A stretch of DNA of 64,000 nt, from assembly GCF_004010195.1 (NCBI RefSeq), contig NC_057718.1, positions 97,281,644 through 97,345,643 on the forward strand. Reading direction: 5' to 3'. How positions within the stretch are numbered: position 1 is the stretch's first letter; each line of letters opens with the position of its first letter. The notes below the pieces were generated by a model. That model saw only the letters and a list, made by a program, of their open reading frames with translations, searched no databases and had not been told where the DNA came from. Source of the stretch: Chiloscyllium plagiosum. Its lineage: Eukaryota. Below, in pieces: positions 1-11,300 of the stretch. Made by a program: the position numbers and the translations under genes.

Positions 1-330
1 GCTTTTAATCAGTAAAAATGGGGAGGCAGGTTTTGATCAATTAATACGTAAATCTCAGAATTTCTTACAAGTCAGTGCCCCAAGATAACATAGTTTTATC
101 AGACCCCTTAGGTCAAACAATGCCTTTAGGTGTGGGAGCCTTACTTTGAGTCTGTTTGTGTCTCCATGGAGTCAGATTGGTTTTATTTCCAAAGAAGGAA
201 TTTATAAAATGCCACATGGACTGACTGCCAACAGATTGTGTGCTTTCTGAACAAAATAGACTGTATCTGTAAATGCAAATTCACCCCATAGATTTGTGCG
301 TGAGGGGGAGAGAGAGCACGTGTGTGAGAG
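1..330 (-). mobile_element. Internal fragment of a PLE related to family B
   Basis: Shares AAATTCACCCCA and flanking AT-rich motifs with the family B copy at about 6420-6465; truncated by the window edge. Confidence 0.4.
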
Positions 331-574
331 ACACTGCATTTGCAATATTGAACGTTATCTCCTTAAAGTTTCCTTTAGTTGATCTAGTTTAGCCATTGAC
401 ATTGTGAAACCACGGGCATGTGTGATACTGGCATCCCACACTGAACACCCGAATGCACGGCAACCCCTCATCTGCAGAGAATGTATCAAACTGACTGGAA
501 AAATACACCTTCCTCACGGATACTGCACCAAACACCAATTTCTTCGTTCATTCATCTGCTTGGTTGGGTGTGAA

Positions 575-730
575 TGATTCCTCGAAGAACCAGGGTCTAT
601 CTCTGGTGTCTCAGCCAATGCTTATCACTCCATCAACATCACAAAGACAGAGAATCTGGTTATCATTACCGTGCTGTGTGGGGGAGCTTGCTGTCTGCAT
701 ATTGCCTACCAAGTTCCCTCCCTTCCCACT
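575..730 (+). mobile_element. Deu-domain SINE fragment (SacSINE1/AmnSINE-like)
   Basis: GGTGTCTCAGCCAATGCTTATCACTCCATCAACATCAC...TCTGGTTATCATTACC...GGGAGCTTGCTGT resembles the DeuSINE central domain. Confidence 0.55.
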
Positions 731-1141
731 TGGCGATGCCACGGACATCACTGCAAGAATGGAGTTTTTGTTTTAAATAGCCTCCCTCTTGCTATCTGTA
801 ACTCTGTCTATGCCTTTGGAATAAACTATCAACTTTGCTTTTTTCTTAAAAAAAAACTTTCTCCAATCAACCTGCTCAGAGATGTTATTAAACACTTCTG
901 GGACTTGAACCCAGGCCTCCTGGGTCAGAGGTAGGGGCATGACCGCTGCACCACAGGCTCTATTAAAGTGGGCGTTTCGGCTTGTGGCAGGATGTCAAGT
1001 TTGCCAAGAGTTGGGAATTTCGATGATTTTATTACTGAGGCCATCTGCCTGCAGCATGTTCAAGTGTATACCCAAATTGGTCATCATAGCACTTGTAACA
1101 AAAGCTGGTTTGTAGCTGTCAACTAACCTTCTTTAATATGG

Positions 1142-1627
1142 TTAGGGACAAAAAAAAGACCGCAGATGCCGGAATCCAAACTGGACAGGCAGGAGTCCAG
1201 AAGAAGGGTTGCACTTGATGGGTCAAGTTGCCCACCTCCTGATGCTGCCTGGCTTGCTGTGTTCTTCCAGCCTCCTGCCTGTCACCCTTCTTTTCATATG
1301 ATGTGGAGATGCCAGTGTTGGACAAAGTTTAAAAATCACACAACGCCAGGTTATAGTCCAACAGGTTTATTTGGAAGCACTAGCTTTCGGAGCACTGCTC
1401 CTTCATCAGGTGATTGTTCTTAATTACAACTGGAACATGCACATTTACACATTCAATTGTCACAGTCAAAACTCACACGATACCGGGTTATAGTCCAACA
1501 GGTTTATTTGAAACCGCAAGCTTTTGTGCTGATCACAACCACCTAATGCAGGAGCAGCACTCCAAAAGCTAGTGCTTCCAAATAAACCTGTTGGACTATA
1601 ACCTGGTGTTGTGTGATTTTTTTTAAA
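1142..1627. mobile_element. Composite PLE-derived insertion: degenerate terminus plus family B foldback
   Basis: Flanked by CTTCTTTAATATGG at 1128-1141 and 1628-1641; inverted family B arms at about 1300-1412 and 1535-1627; hammerhead core on the minus strand at 1381-1409. Confidence 0.75.
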
Positions 1628-2084
1628 CTTCTTTAATATGGCAATTGCAAAGCCCATTGCAAGGGAGAGATCGAGCCCAATGCTGGGAGAGAGAGATTGA
1701 GACCTGAGCAGGTCAGAGGGTGTCTCATGGAGCATCTACAGGCCTATACACTGCTGAACTTTTAATTTATTTCTTTATTTTTCTATTTTATACTCAAGGT
1801 TCTGTACCTAAGATGGGGGGGGGGGGAATGGCTACCTTGTACACTTTTCACCTTACTCCTGTATGTAAGTACATGTGACAAACCGAATTCTAATTCTCAG
1901 TCCCTCTCTTGTCACCATCCACTGGAGAAGTTCAACATGGAAGAGAGTCAGAATGAAGAGGAAAGGGAAAACTGCTCCACACTGTCACCCAGTGGCCAGG
2001 ATCTGAAACCGTATCCAAGTCTCCAAGCATTGCTCTGCCAATGTTTCAGCTTTCTGCCTGTCACCCTAGTAGATCTGGGATACC

Positions 2085-2386
2085 TGCAGTGTGGAAACAG
2101 GCCTTTCACCCAGCAAGTCTACACCAACCTCTGAAGAATGGCCCACACAGACCCATTCCCTTACATTTCCCCCAACTACTGCTCATAATCTACACGTCCC
2201 TGAATGCTATGGGCAATTTAGTATGGCCAATTCACCTAACCTGCACAGCTTTGGTTTGTGGGAGGAAACCCACGCAGACACGGAGAGAACATGCAAACTC
2301 CATGCAGACAGTCCCCCAAGGCTGGCATTGAACCTAGGTCTGTGGTGCTGTGAGGCAGCAGTGCTAACCACTGAGCCACTGTGCCA
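2085..2386 (-). mobile_element. HE1-type V-SINE
   Basis: Reverse complement of the tRNA-like head (GTGGCTCAGTGGTTAGCACTGCTGCCTCACAG), V-domain and CR1-like tail. Confidence 0.9.
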
Positions 2387-2524
2387 TAGGCAAACCTTAT
2401 TAAATACAAATATGTGACAAGTGTCACAGTAAAAGAAAGATCACATACAAACGTGGCAAGATAAGCATTGGTAAATTTAAAGCTTACAGACATTTGTTTA
2501 CATTGTCCCATTGGAAACTTTAAA

Positions 2525-2712
2525 AAAATGTATTCATTTTGTGGGATGTGGGTGTTACTGGCTGGGCCCAGCATTTTTTGCCCGTCCCTAATTGCCCTTG
2601 AGACAGTGGGGGTGAGCTGCCTTCTTGTACCGCTGCAGTCTACCTGCTGTGGGTTGACCCAAAATGCCCTGAGGGAGGGAATTCCAGGATTTTGACCCAG
2701 AGACAGTGAAGG
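2525..2712 (-). mobile_element. 3' end of CR1/L2-like LINE (same family as 16062-16845)
   Basis: Reverse complement matches 16682-16845 (GGGTCAAAATCCTGGAATTCCCTCCCT...CAGCTCACCCCCAC). Confidence 0.8.
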
Positions 2713-2977
2713 AACTCCATCTTGATAACGTAACGACAGAGGGTTTAAAACAGCACAGAAAGCCACTTAAAATCAGTGACTTATATTAATAACAATAAGG
2801 TGTTCTTTTTGGTAATCAGCAATATTTGTACACGCATTTGGGAATTATGAACAGCGAATTTAACAGCAAAAGACATGTATTTTGCTCATTCAAGTAGTTG
2901 TTGCCTCCTGAATGCCAAGATAACGGACGTAATGCAGAGGTGACAGAAAGTTACTACCTTGCCTCCTGTCCATATAT

Positions 2978-3188
2978 CTTCGAGGAGAAAATGAGGACTG
3001 CAGGTGCTGGAGATCAGAGCTGAAAATGTGTTGCTGGAACAGCGCAGCGGGTCAGGCAGTATCCAAGGAACAGGAGAATCGACGTTTCGGGCATAAGCCC
3101 TTCTTCAGCCCTTCTTCATGAAACGTCGATTCTCCTGTTCCCTGGATGCTGCCTGACCTGTTGCGCTGTTCCAGCAACACATTTTCAG
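2978..3188. mobile_element. PLE family A foldback mini-element with hammerhead motif
   Basis: Inverted arms; TSD TCCTGTCCATATAT at 2964-2977 and 3189-3202; minus-strand CTGAAGAAGGGCTTATGCCCGAAACGTC at 3081-3108. Confidence 0.85.
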
Positions 3189-3519
3189 TCCTGTCCATAT
3201 ATAGCTGGCATTGTGATCTCCAGCGCATTTTCTTTCCCACTCTACTCAAATCCTACAACTCCTCTCTAGCTGAATCCAACTAATAGTAAAGACTGCATTA
3301 ACAACATATCTTGATAGCTCACCTGCCACCCTGTGACCTTTCCCTCGATCAGAACAATCTCCATTTGGAAGATGTTTTATGGTTTCTCTGTTGCAAATTG
3401 CTTTTCCTGAGCAAAACTCTCTCAACTGCTTCAACAACTGACGTAGCCACAGAGAACTTGAGACAGCAAGAACAATCTCGAGGGGAAAAAAAAAGAGACT
3501 GATGTTATGGCATTTTGAC

Positions 3520-3845
3520 AGAAGCATAGAATCTCTACAGTGTGGAAACTGGCTATTCAGCCCATCAAGTCCACAATGACCCTCCAAGGAGCATCTCACC
3601 CAGACGCACCCCTATCCCTGTAACCCATTATTTGCCATGACTACCCCATCTAGCCTGCACATTCTTGGAGACTATGGGCAATTTAGCATGCCAAATCCCC
3701 TTAAGCTGCACGTGTTTGGACTGTAGGAGGAAACCCACACATACATGGGGAGAATATGTAAACTCCACGCAGACAGTCACCTGAGGGTGGGATTGAACCT
3801 GGGTCCCTGGCGCTGTGAGGCAGCAGTGCCAGTCACGAAGCCACC
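3520..3845 (-). mobile_element. HE1-type V-SINE
   Basis: Head, V-domain and tail motifs present on the minus strand. Confidence 0.85.
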
Positions 3846-4019
3846 TGTATCTCTAGGTATATGTTGTATCTCTGCATTTACATTAGTCCTGAAAGGGTGC
3901 AGGAACATAGAAAATTGAAGAGGAAATTGAAATGCAGAAAGTTTATCGTTAATGGCGCATATTAAAAAGAGCATGCTCTCTCCAAGAAGGTTGAGTTTAC
4001 ATTCCATGTTGAACTTGGA

Positions 4020-4333
4020 AGATTAAACTAGATTCCCTACAGTATGGGAGCAGGCCCTTCAGCCCAACAAATCCACACTGACCCTCCAAAGAATAACCCA
4101 CCCAGACCCATTCCCCTACCCTATATTTACCCCTGACTAATGCACCTAACACCATGGGCAATTTAGCATGGCCAATTCACCCTAACCTGCACATCTTTGG
4201 ACTGTGGGAGGAAACCCACGCAGACACAGGGAGAATGTGCAGACTCCACACAAATAGTTACCCGAGGCAGGGATCGAACGTGGGACCCTGGTGCTGTGAG
4301 GCAGCATGCTAACCACTGAGCCACCATACTGCC
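4020..4333 (-). mobile_element. HE1-type V-SINE
   Basis: Near full length, with an (AATCT)n-like tail. Confidence 0.9.
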
Positions 4334-4439
4334 CAAAGCTTTAGGGGTGAAAAACAAACTGAATTTGAATCTTCCTAAGTGGAACTCAATTACTGTCACA
4401 CAAGCATAATTTACCCCAATGCTCAGACTCCAATAGTCA

Positions 4440-4690
4440 GAAACAAACACAGAAAATGCCAGAGAAACTCAGCAGGTCCTGGCAGCATCTGTGGAGAGAG
4501 AGGAACTGAGGTAATCTTCAGAAATGAAGAAGCGTCACATCGGACTCAAAATGTTAACTCTGTTTCTCTCTGGTGGCTTGTTCCCGACCTCTCCAGATCC
4601 AAAGTCAAAAGTCACATGATACCAGCTTATAGTCCAGACGGTTTATTTAAAATCATAAGCTTTCAGAGAACTGCTCCTTTATCAGATTCA
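4440..4690. mobile_element. PLE terminal fragments (family C, then family B)
   Basis: AGAAACTCAGCAGGTCCTGGCAGCATCTGTGG with a degraded hammerhead at about 4520-4560; family B motif TTATAGTCCA...CTCCTTTATCAG at about 4625-4685. Confidence 0.65.
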
Positions 4691-5152
4691 AGTTCTACAT
4701 CCTCCACCATTCCAAAGTACATCATTTACCCTCTCTCCTTCTTTTCCCCTCCTTTGATTGTTAGCTATTTACTGCAGTCCACCTCTAATCTGTATCTTCA
4801 ATCCTCTCAGTATTGTTCAAAGCACCAATTACAACTTCTTACGACTGCAGGCAGGAGTTCAGCTGCTAAGGAGAATTCTCATCTATTCTCATCTCTGAAG
4901 AAAGAAAAAGAAGTTAAGCCTTTTTATAGCACTTCTCACGAGCTCATAACTTCCCAAATTGCTTTTTAGCCAATCAAAGTGGCGTGCGGTTAAAACAGTC
5001 TCTCAAAATGAATGTACACATTGAAACTAATCAGGAGCAGAAGCAGAAAATGCCTCGAGTAAGCTTTCCAAAATATCCTACCATTGGCTGTGGACATCAG
5101 ATAGCACAGAGAATGCAGGTATGAAGGAGAATGTCTGCCTTTTATGATCTTA

Positions 5153-5576
5153 GTTAAAAATCATACAACACCAGGTTATAGTCCAACAGGTTTAATTGGA
5201 AGCACTAGCTTTCGGAGCGCCGCTCCTTCATCAGGTGGTTGTGGAGGACACAATTATAAGGCACAGAATTTATAGCAAAAGTTTACAGTGTGATATAACT
5301 GAAACTATACATTGAAAAATACCTTGATTGTTTGTTGAGTCTTTCATCTGTTCGAATATTGTGATAGTTTCACTTCTTTCATGTGTAAATCACAAAATCT
5401 TTTTTTAAAAAGTTGCATTCTCAGATGAAATGTAACAATTGGTTTTAGCTAGACAATATGTTGAAGGTATTAGCCCCCTGTGTTCTCTGTCTGTGGCATA
5501 ATGTTTAGATTGATTCTAATCTAAAAAGTGAGATAACAGAGTTTTACATGAATTCATGCAAAGTACAACGTAATAA
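5153..5576 (-). mobile_element. PLE family B 3' fragment
   Basis: Family B terminus; intact hammerhead at 5203-5237 (minus); ATGATCTTA duplicated on both sides. Confidence 0.8.
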
Positions 5577-5671
5577 TGATCTTAATGAGTTAATGAAACA
5601 AATACTGACGGTTTTCTGGCTATAACTGATGACCATTTACACACTTATTTAGAGAAGTGATGTTATTTAAA

Positions 5672-5814
5672 CTGAAAATTTAAACTTCTTCAGGAAGGCT
5701 CATGCCCGAAATGTCGATTCTCCTGCTCCTTGGATGCTGCCTGACCTGATGTGCTTTTCCAGCAACACATTTTCTGCTCTGATCTCCAGCATCTGCAGTC
5801 CTCACTTTCCCCTC
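5672..5814 (+). mobile_element. PLE family A terminus
   Basis: Degraded hammerhead plus family A tail; TSD-like TGATGTTATTTAAA (5658-5671) and TGATCTTATTTAAA (5815-5828). Confidence 0.75.
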
Positions 5815-5831
5815 TGATCTTATTTAAAACA

Positions 5832-6467
5832 AAGTTAAAAATCACACAACACCAGGTTATAGTCCAACAGGTTTAATTGGAAGCACACGAGCTTTCGGAG
5901 CGATGCTCCTTCATCAGGTGATAGTGGAGGGCTCGATCGTAACACAGAATTTATAGCAAAAATTTGCAGTGTGATGTAACTAAAATTATTGTCTGTTAAG
6001 CCTTTCATCTGTTAGAATACAGTGATAGTTTCACTTCTTTCACGTGTAAATCACAAAACCTTTTTTTAAAAAAGTTGCATTCTCGGGTTAGCTGTTAACA
6101 ATGGTGATAGCTAGACAATATGTTGAAGATTCTGGATCAGTGGTGCCTGATGAAGGGCTTTTGCCCGAAACGTCGATTTTGCTGCTCGTCGGATGCTGCC
6201 TGAATTGCTGTGCTCTTCTAGCACCACTGATCCAGAATCTGGTTTCCAGCATCTGCAGTCATTGTTTTTACCAATATGTTGAAGATGTTAACCCCCTGTG
6301 TTCTCTGTCTATGACCTGATGTTTAGATTGATTCTAATCTAAAAAGTGAGATAACAGAATTTTACATAAATTCATGCAGTTTTTGAGCTCAGAGTTGTAC
6401 ATGAATGTATGCAGTTTTTGAGCAAAGTGCAATGTAACTCTGCAAGTACAAATTCACCCCACAAAAG
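5832..6467 (-). mobile_element. PLE family B 3' fragment interrupted by a family A insertion
   Basis: Colinear with 5153-5576; interrupted at 6131-6271. Confidence 0.8.
6131..6271 (+). mobile_element. PLE family A mini-element nested in family B
   Basis: Perfect 15 bp TSD CAATATGTTGAAGAT (6116-6130, 6272-6286); hammerhead core CTGATGAAGGGCTTTTGCCCGAAACGTC at 6147-6174. Confidence 0.9.
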
Positions 6468-6516
6468 ATAGTCAAGTAAAATCAGTGATTTATATCAATA
6501 ACTATAGTATGTTCAA

Positions 6517-7420
6517 CGTTAAAAATTACACAACAACAGGTTATAATCCAGTAGATTTATTTGGAAGCACTAGCTTTCAGAGTGCTTCTCCTTCGTCAGG
6601 TAGTTGTGGAGTATGAGATCATAAGACACAGAATTTATATCAAAAGTTTACTGTGTGATGTAACTGAAATTATATATTGAAAAAGACCTGGATTGCTTGT
6701 TAAGTCTCTCATCTTTTAGAATGATCATGTTGGTTTCAGTTCTTTCATATGTAAATCACAGAATTTTTTTAAAGTTACATTCTCAAGTGAACTTTAACAA
6801 TTGGTGTCATGTCAGCCCGGATAATGCATTGAAGGTATGAGCTTCCCTATGTGAGGCTGTCTGTGTAGGACTGATTCTAATCTAAAAAAGGGATTTACAG
6901 AATCTTACATGGATTCATGCAGTTTTTGAGCAAAATAAAATGTATTAAAATATAATGTTACATTTTATTTTGCTCAAAAACTGTATGTATCCATGTAAGC
7001 GTCAGTGAATCCCTTTTTAGAATTAGTCTGACCATTGTGGCAGAGACAGCCTCACACAGAGCACCTCACACCTTCAATGCATTATCTGGACTGACATGAC
7101 ACCAATTGTTAAAGTTCACTTGAGAATATAACTTTAAAAAAGTTCTGCGATTTACGTCTGAAAGAATTGAAACCAGCATGGTCATTCTATAGAATGAGAG
7201 ACTTTACAAACAATCCAGGTCTTTTTCGATATAAAATTTAATTTACATGTAAACCTTTGCTATAAATTCTGTGTCTTATGATCTTCTACTCCACAATCAC
7301 TTGATGAAGGAGCAGCGCTCAGAAAGCTAGTGCTTCCAAATAAACCTGTTGCACTATAACCTGGTGTTGTGTGATTTGTAACTTTGTACACCCCAGTCCA
7401 ACACCGGCATCTCCAACTTA
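6517..7420. mobile_element. Large family B foldback (about 430 bp inverted arms)
   Basis: 6517-6944 is the imperfect reverse complement of 6958-7383; degenerate hammerhead near each outer end. Confidence 0.85.
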
Positions 7421-7938
7421 TGATAGCTTTCGGTTCATCATTTTGGTAATCAATGATTTTTTTACATGCCTTTTTGAGTCAGGAACAATCATTTAGCAAC
7501 AAAAAGACATGTGTTTTGCTAATCTAATAGTGTATTACCTCCAGGATACAAAGGTAAGGGACCACACTGGAAACATTACAGAAGGTTTCGTATACACTGG
7601 AAATTAGTAGGTTACTGGGAGTGTTTTAAGAAGTGGAAACCCAATAGAGGTCAAAATTATTGAACAAATTAGAGCATTATGAAGTAACCATTGAATTGTC
7701 ATGGTCAGAGATTTGGGGGATAATGTTGATCCACAGCAAGGTCAGCAGTGTGAGCTCGCCTGAGCTTTATTCCATTGACATGCACAGAACATTAGCTCAC
7801 TGTTGCTTTTACTTAATCTGAAATGAAAACCTTTGGCAATATTTCCCAATTTACTGGGAAACGAAGAAAAACGACGTCATCTAAAATTAGCCACTGAGTC
7901 ATTCAATGCAGACCCTGTGTTGACTCTGTTTAAACTTC

Positions 7939-7973
7939 CACCTGATGAAGGAGCGGCGCTCCGAAAGCTAGTG
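7939..7973 (+). ncRNA. Minimal type I hammerhead ribozyme (family B)
   Basis: CAC-CTGATGA-A-GGAGC(GGC)GCTCC-GAAAGCTA-GTG; predicted cleavage after CUA at 7970. Lies in a short insertion flanked by TTTAAACTTCCA repeats. Confidence 0.85.
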
Positions 7974-8741
7974 CTTCCAATTAAACCTGTTGGACTATAA
8001 CCTGGTGTTTTAACTTTTAACTTTAAACTTCCAACAGTTGACTGAGGCAGGAGAAACAGCTGTGGTGAAAACGAGAAACCTTTCTTTCCCAATATAGTCA
8101 CATTTGTTTTTAAACTTAGGAGGATTGTGATTGAGATATAACCTTTGGCCAGTGCAGTTCTTTTTTCGATCATATTTGCCCTGTAATTTGCATGATCCCT
8201 ATAATTCTCATGTCTGGAACCTCATTAGTAATCTCCCAGCTCACACCATGCTTTGTCACTAAAGCATTCTTTTTGCAATTATCCGTACTAACTGGCAGGT
8301 TTCTGACAGAAAGTCGGCAGCTTATGTGTTTGGAGGAAACAATGAAACGCCGAAATGAATTGAACATGAAGGATTTAATCAAAAAATTTATAACAAGAAT
8401 GAAATTGTCATTACTTAAGGACTGGTTGGTGGATCCAGTGAATGAATAATTTATGTTAACTTGATAATTAAAGGCATTACTTTAGATAAGCAGTCTGAGA
8501 GGAATCATGGAGTGGTGGCAGATCAGTTAAATGTGAAAGATGCCCTGAATAAATTTGACACAAATGGAGAAGGATTCTGTTATTTAGAGTTTGTTCAGAT
8601 AAATGGGGAGGAAAGAAATGTTCAAGTTTCTTTTTTTTTTCCACTTCTGAATATTGAGAAAGAAGCATATTGAGGAACAAGAAAATGAACAGGACTATCT
8701 TATATAGCAATATGTATTTAAATAGTTCTTTAAAATCATTG

Positions 8742-8921
8742 CTGGAACAGCGCAGCAGGTCAGGCAGCATCCAGGGAACAGGAGAATCGACGTTTCGGGC
8801 ATAAGCCCTTCCTTAGGAAACGTCGATTCTCCTGTTCCCTGGATGCTGCCTGACCTGCTGCGTTGTTCCAGCAACACATTTTCAGCTCTGATCTCCAGCA
8901 TCTGCAGACCTCACTTACTCC
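8742..8921. mobile_element. PLE family A foldback mini-element
   Basis: Inverted arms; TSD TCTTTAAAA(T/C)CATTG at 8727-8741 and 8922-8936. Confidence 0.85.
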
Positions 8922-9077
8922 TCTTTAAAACCATTGGCAGCTGGGTTTTTCTCAAAGGAAGTGAAATGGGAAACCTAAGGGTGTCATGAATGTAATTGGT
9001 CAGTAATGGTGCATTCCGCAAAGCACAGAATGCATCACCATCCATTAACAGGGGCAATTGGCAGCATATATTGAGGG

Positions 9078-9212
9078 CAAAAGTGAGGACTGCAAATGCT
9101 GGAAACCAGAGTTTAGATTAGAGTGGTGCTGGAAAAGCGATAGGTCAGAGAGGAGGGTGGAGCAGATAGGTGGGAAGGGAGATTGGCAGGTAGGACAGAT
9201 CATGGGGACAGT
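9078..9212 (-). mobile_element. Internally deleted PLE family A 3' fragment
   Basis: TSD GCATATATTGAGGG at 9064-9077 and 9213-9226. Confidence 0.8.
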
Positions 9213-9389
9213 GCATATATTGAGGGGTACAGCTTCCTGTCAAGCGTGGGGCACGGTGAGAAGGCAGCCCTGCTTGAACTGTTACTACACTGGTACGAAG
9301 ACTGAACCAGAGATGTTGGCACCATGTTGTCAAGATGGATAATATACAATGCAGAATTTGAGTAACAGTGTTGGCCATTCAATAGGATC

Positions 9390-9710
9390 ATCAAACTTGG
9401 TACCCTGTTCCCACATTTTCCCTCGACTCTTTGACGCCTTTCCCTTTAAGAACTATATCTATCTCCTTCTTGAGTGCATTCAGTCTGGCTGCAACCTCTG
9501 TCTGTGGCAGAGAATTCCACAGGCTCATCTCTCTCTCGGTGAAGAAATGTCCCCTCACCTCAGTCCGAAACAGTCTATCCTGTATTCTTAAAGTGTGGCC
9601 CTTGGATCTAGAGTCCCCTGTTATTAGGAACATCCTTCCTGTCTCATCCTGTTATAATAATATTGGTTTCTGCGAAGTTGCCCTGCATTCTTCGAAACAC
9701 CAGTGAATAT
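9390..9710 (-). mobile_element. CR1 LINE 3' fragment
   Basis: ORF2 C-terminus SRSKGHTLRI...FFTEREMSLWNSLPQ. Confidence 0.8.
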
Positions 9711-9729
9711 AATCCTAAAGCTGGTAGAA

Positions 9730-9880
9730 TTATAACACTTCAAAGGCATCTGGATGGGAAATGAATAGGAAGAGTTCAGAGGGATATGGGCCAAATGGAA
9801 CTAGATTAGGTTAGGATATCTGGTTGGCATGGACGAGTTAGACCGAAGGGTCTGTTTCCATGCTTACAGCTTTATAACTC
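9730..9880 (+). mobile_element. HER1/CR1 LINE 3' end
   Basis: AAAGGCATCTGGATGGG...GAAGGGTCTGTTTCCATGC tail. Confidence 0.8.
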
Positions 9881-10019
9881 TATATCCAAACCAGTCTGTC
9901 TTTATACGAGTGTCCTGCCATCTCAGGAGCCAGCCTGGTTAGCAGCCTGGGGATGGATAAAGATGAAAAATAGGGCAACGAAGTAGGTAAGGTCAAGCAG
10001 GTTACAGGCAACAATTGTG

Positions 10020-10530
10020 AACATAGAAAATCACAGCTCAGTACAGGCCCTTCGGCCCTCGATGTTGTGCCAACCTGTGGAACCAGTCTGAAGCCCACCT
10101 TAACCTACACTATTCCATTTTTGTCCATGTGCCTCTCCAATGAGCATTTAATTGCCGTTAAAGTTGGCAAGTCTACTACTGTTGCAGGCAGGGCATACCA
10201 CACCCTTACTATTCCCTGAGCAAAGAAACTACCTGTGTCATCTGTCCTATATTTATCACCCCTCAACTTAAAGCTATGTCCCCTCCTGCTAGCCATTGCC
10301 ATCTGAGGAAAAAGACTCTCATTGTTCAAATTATCTAACCCTCTGATTATCTTATGTGTCTCAATTAAGTCACCTCTCAACCTTCTTCTCTCTAATGAAA
10401 ACTGCCTCATGTCCCTCAGCCTTTCCTCATAAGACCTTTCCTTTATACCGGGCAATATCCTAGTAAATCTCCTCTGAACCCTTTTCAAAGCTTCCGCATC
10501 CTTCCTATAATGAGGGGACCAGAACCAGGT
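10020..10530 (-). mobile_element. CR1 LINE 3' fragment
   Basis: FWSPHYRKDAEALKRVQRRFTRILPG...SLERRRLRGDLIE is the canonical CR1 ORF2 C-terminus. Confidence 0.9.
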
Positions 10531-10559
10531 TCTGAAAGCAAGGTTAAACATTGCAAGAG

Positions 10560-11300
10560 GCCTGAGGAGAAGACAGAAGAGGGATCTGTTCAGAGATTAT
10601 CTCGCACTATGGGACAAGAGTCTGGAGAAAGTTACTGTGCCAGTGTATATGTAGAATTAGGAGAGTTGGAGTGAAAGAGACAGAAAGAAGAGAGGAGGAA
10701 ATCAAATTACGTGCATAGATTGGATTGGGGAGGGCAAAGTTTTGGAGAGTTGGGGAGAAGGGTGGAAAGGATTTGAGGAGGGCAAGGGGCTTGGGAAGTG
10801 GAGAAAAAGAGAGGAAGTGAAAAGTTAACATTGAATGTGAATCATGAAGTTAAGAAATGAGCAAATTTTGTTTCAAGACCTCAGTAAAAACCGCAGAAGA
10901 TAATCTCTGGGAGGATAGTAGGAGAGATCCATGAGAATTTGAGAATCAGAGAATTTCAGAAGGCAGTTGAAGCTGTGAAGTGACTGAAATCTGTACAGAG
11001 GTGGCTAAAGCAACAAAGGTAAAAAGGGAGGTGTTGGAGAAGGCAGGTTATCTGCCTGCAGGACAGGAGCCATTGACTTTGGCAAGGGATTTACACTTGA
11101 TGGGACAATGCTTGTTTTAAACTCCCCTGACATTAGAAATAGAATCGAGTCAAATAATGAAAATTTCAGTCGACGTTTATTACAACTCTTGGAATCTACA
11201 TTCATTACAATCAAGTGGACTTCAGTGTCTGGGTTAATACCAAGCTGTGCAATTGTAAACAGTAGCACTCTTCCACTAGTGTGTCATGTTTCAAGTGGCG
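10560..11300 (-). mobile_element. Possible highly degraded L2/CR1-type LINE relic
   Basis: Strand-biased composition and weak similarity to the pre-RT region (LFDSILFLMSGEFKTSIVPSSVNPLPK). Confidence 0.3.

Noticed and set aside
2978..3188. Foldback elements as MITEs, CRISPR repeats or pre-miRNAs
   Set aside because: The same sequence is the terminus of GIY-YIG-encoding PLEs (19540-20555); arms vary between copies and there is no repeat-spacer regularity.
4379..4969. 196 aa ORF
   Set aside because: Reads through PLE termini and pyrimidine-rich DNA; no recognisable domain and a non-ATG start.
8192..8673. Two adjacent ORFs in unique AT-rich DNA
   Set aside because: No recognisable family and no convincing splice pattern; an ancient transposon relic cannot be excluded without a profile search.
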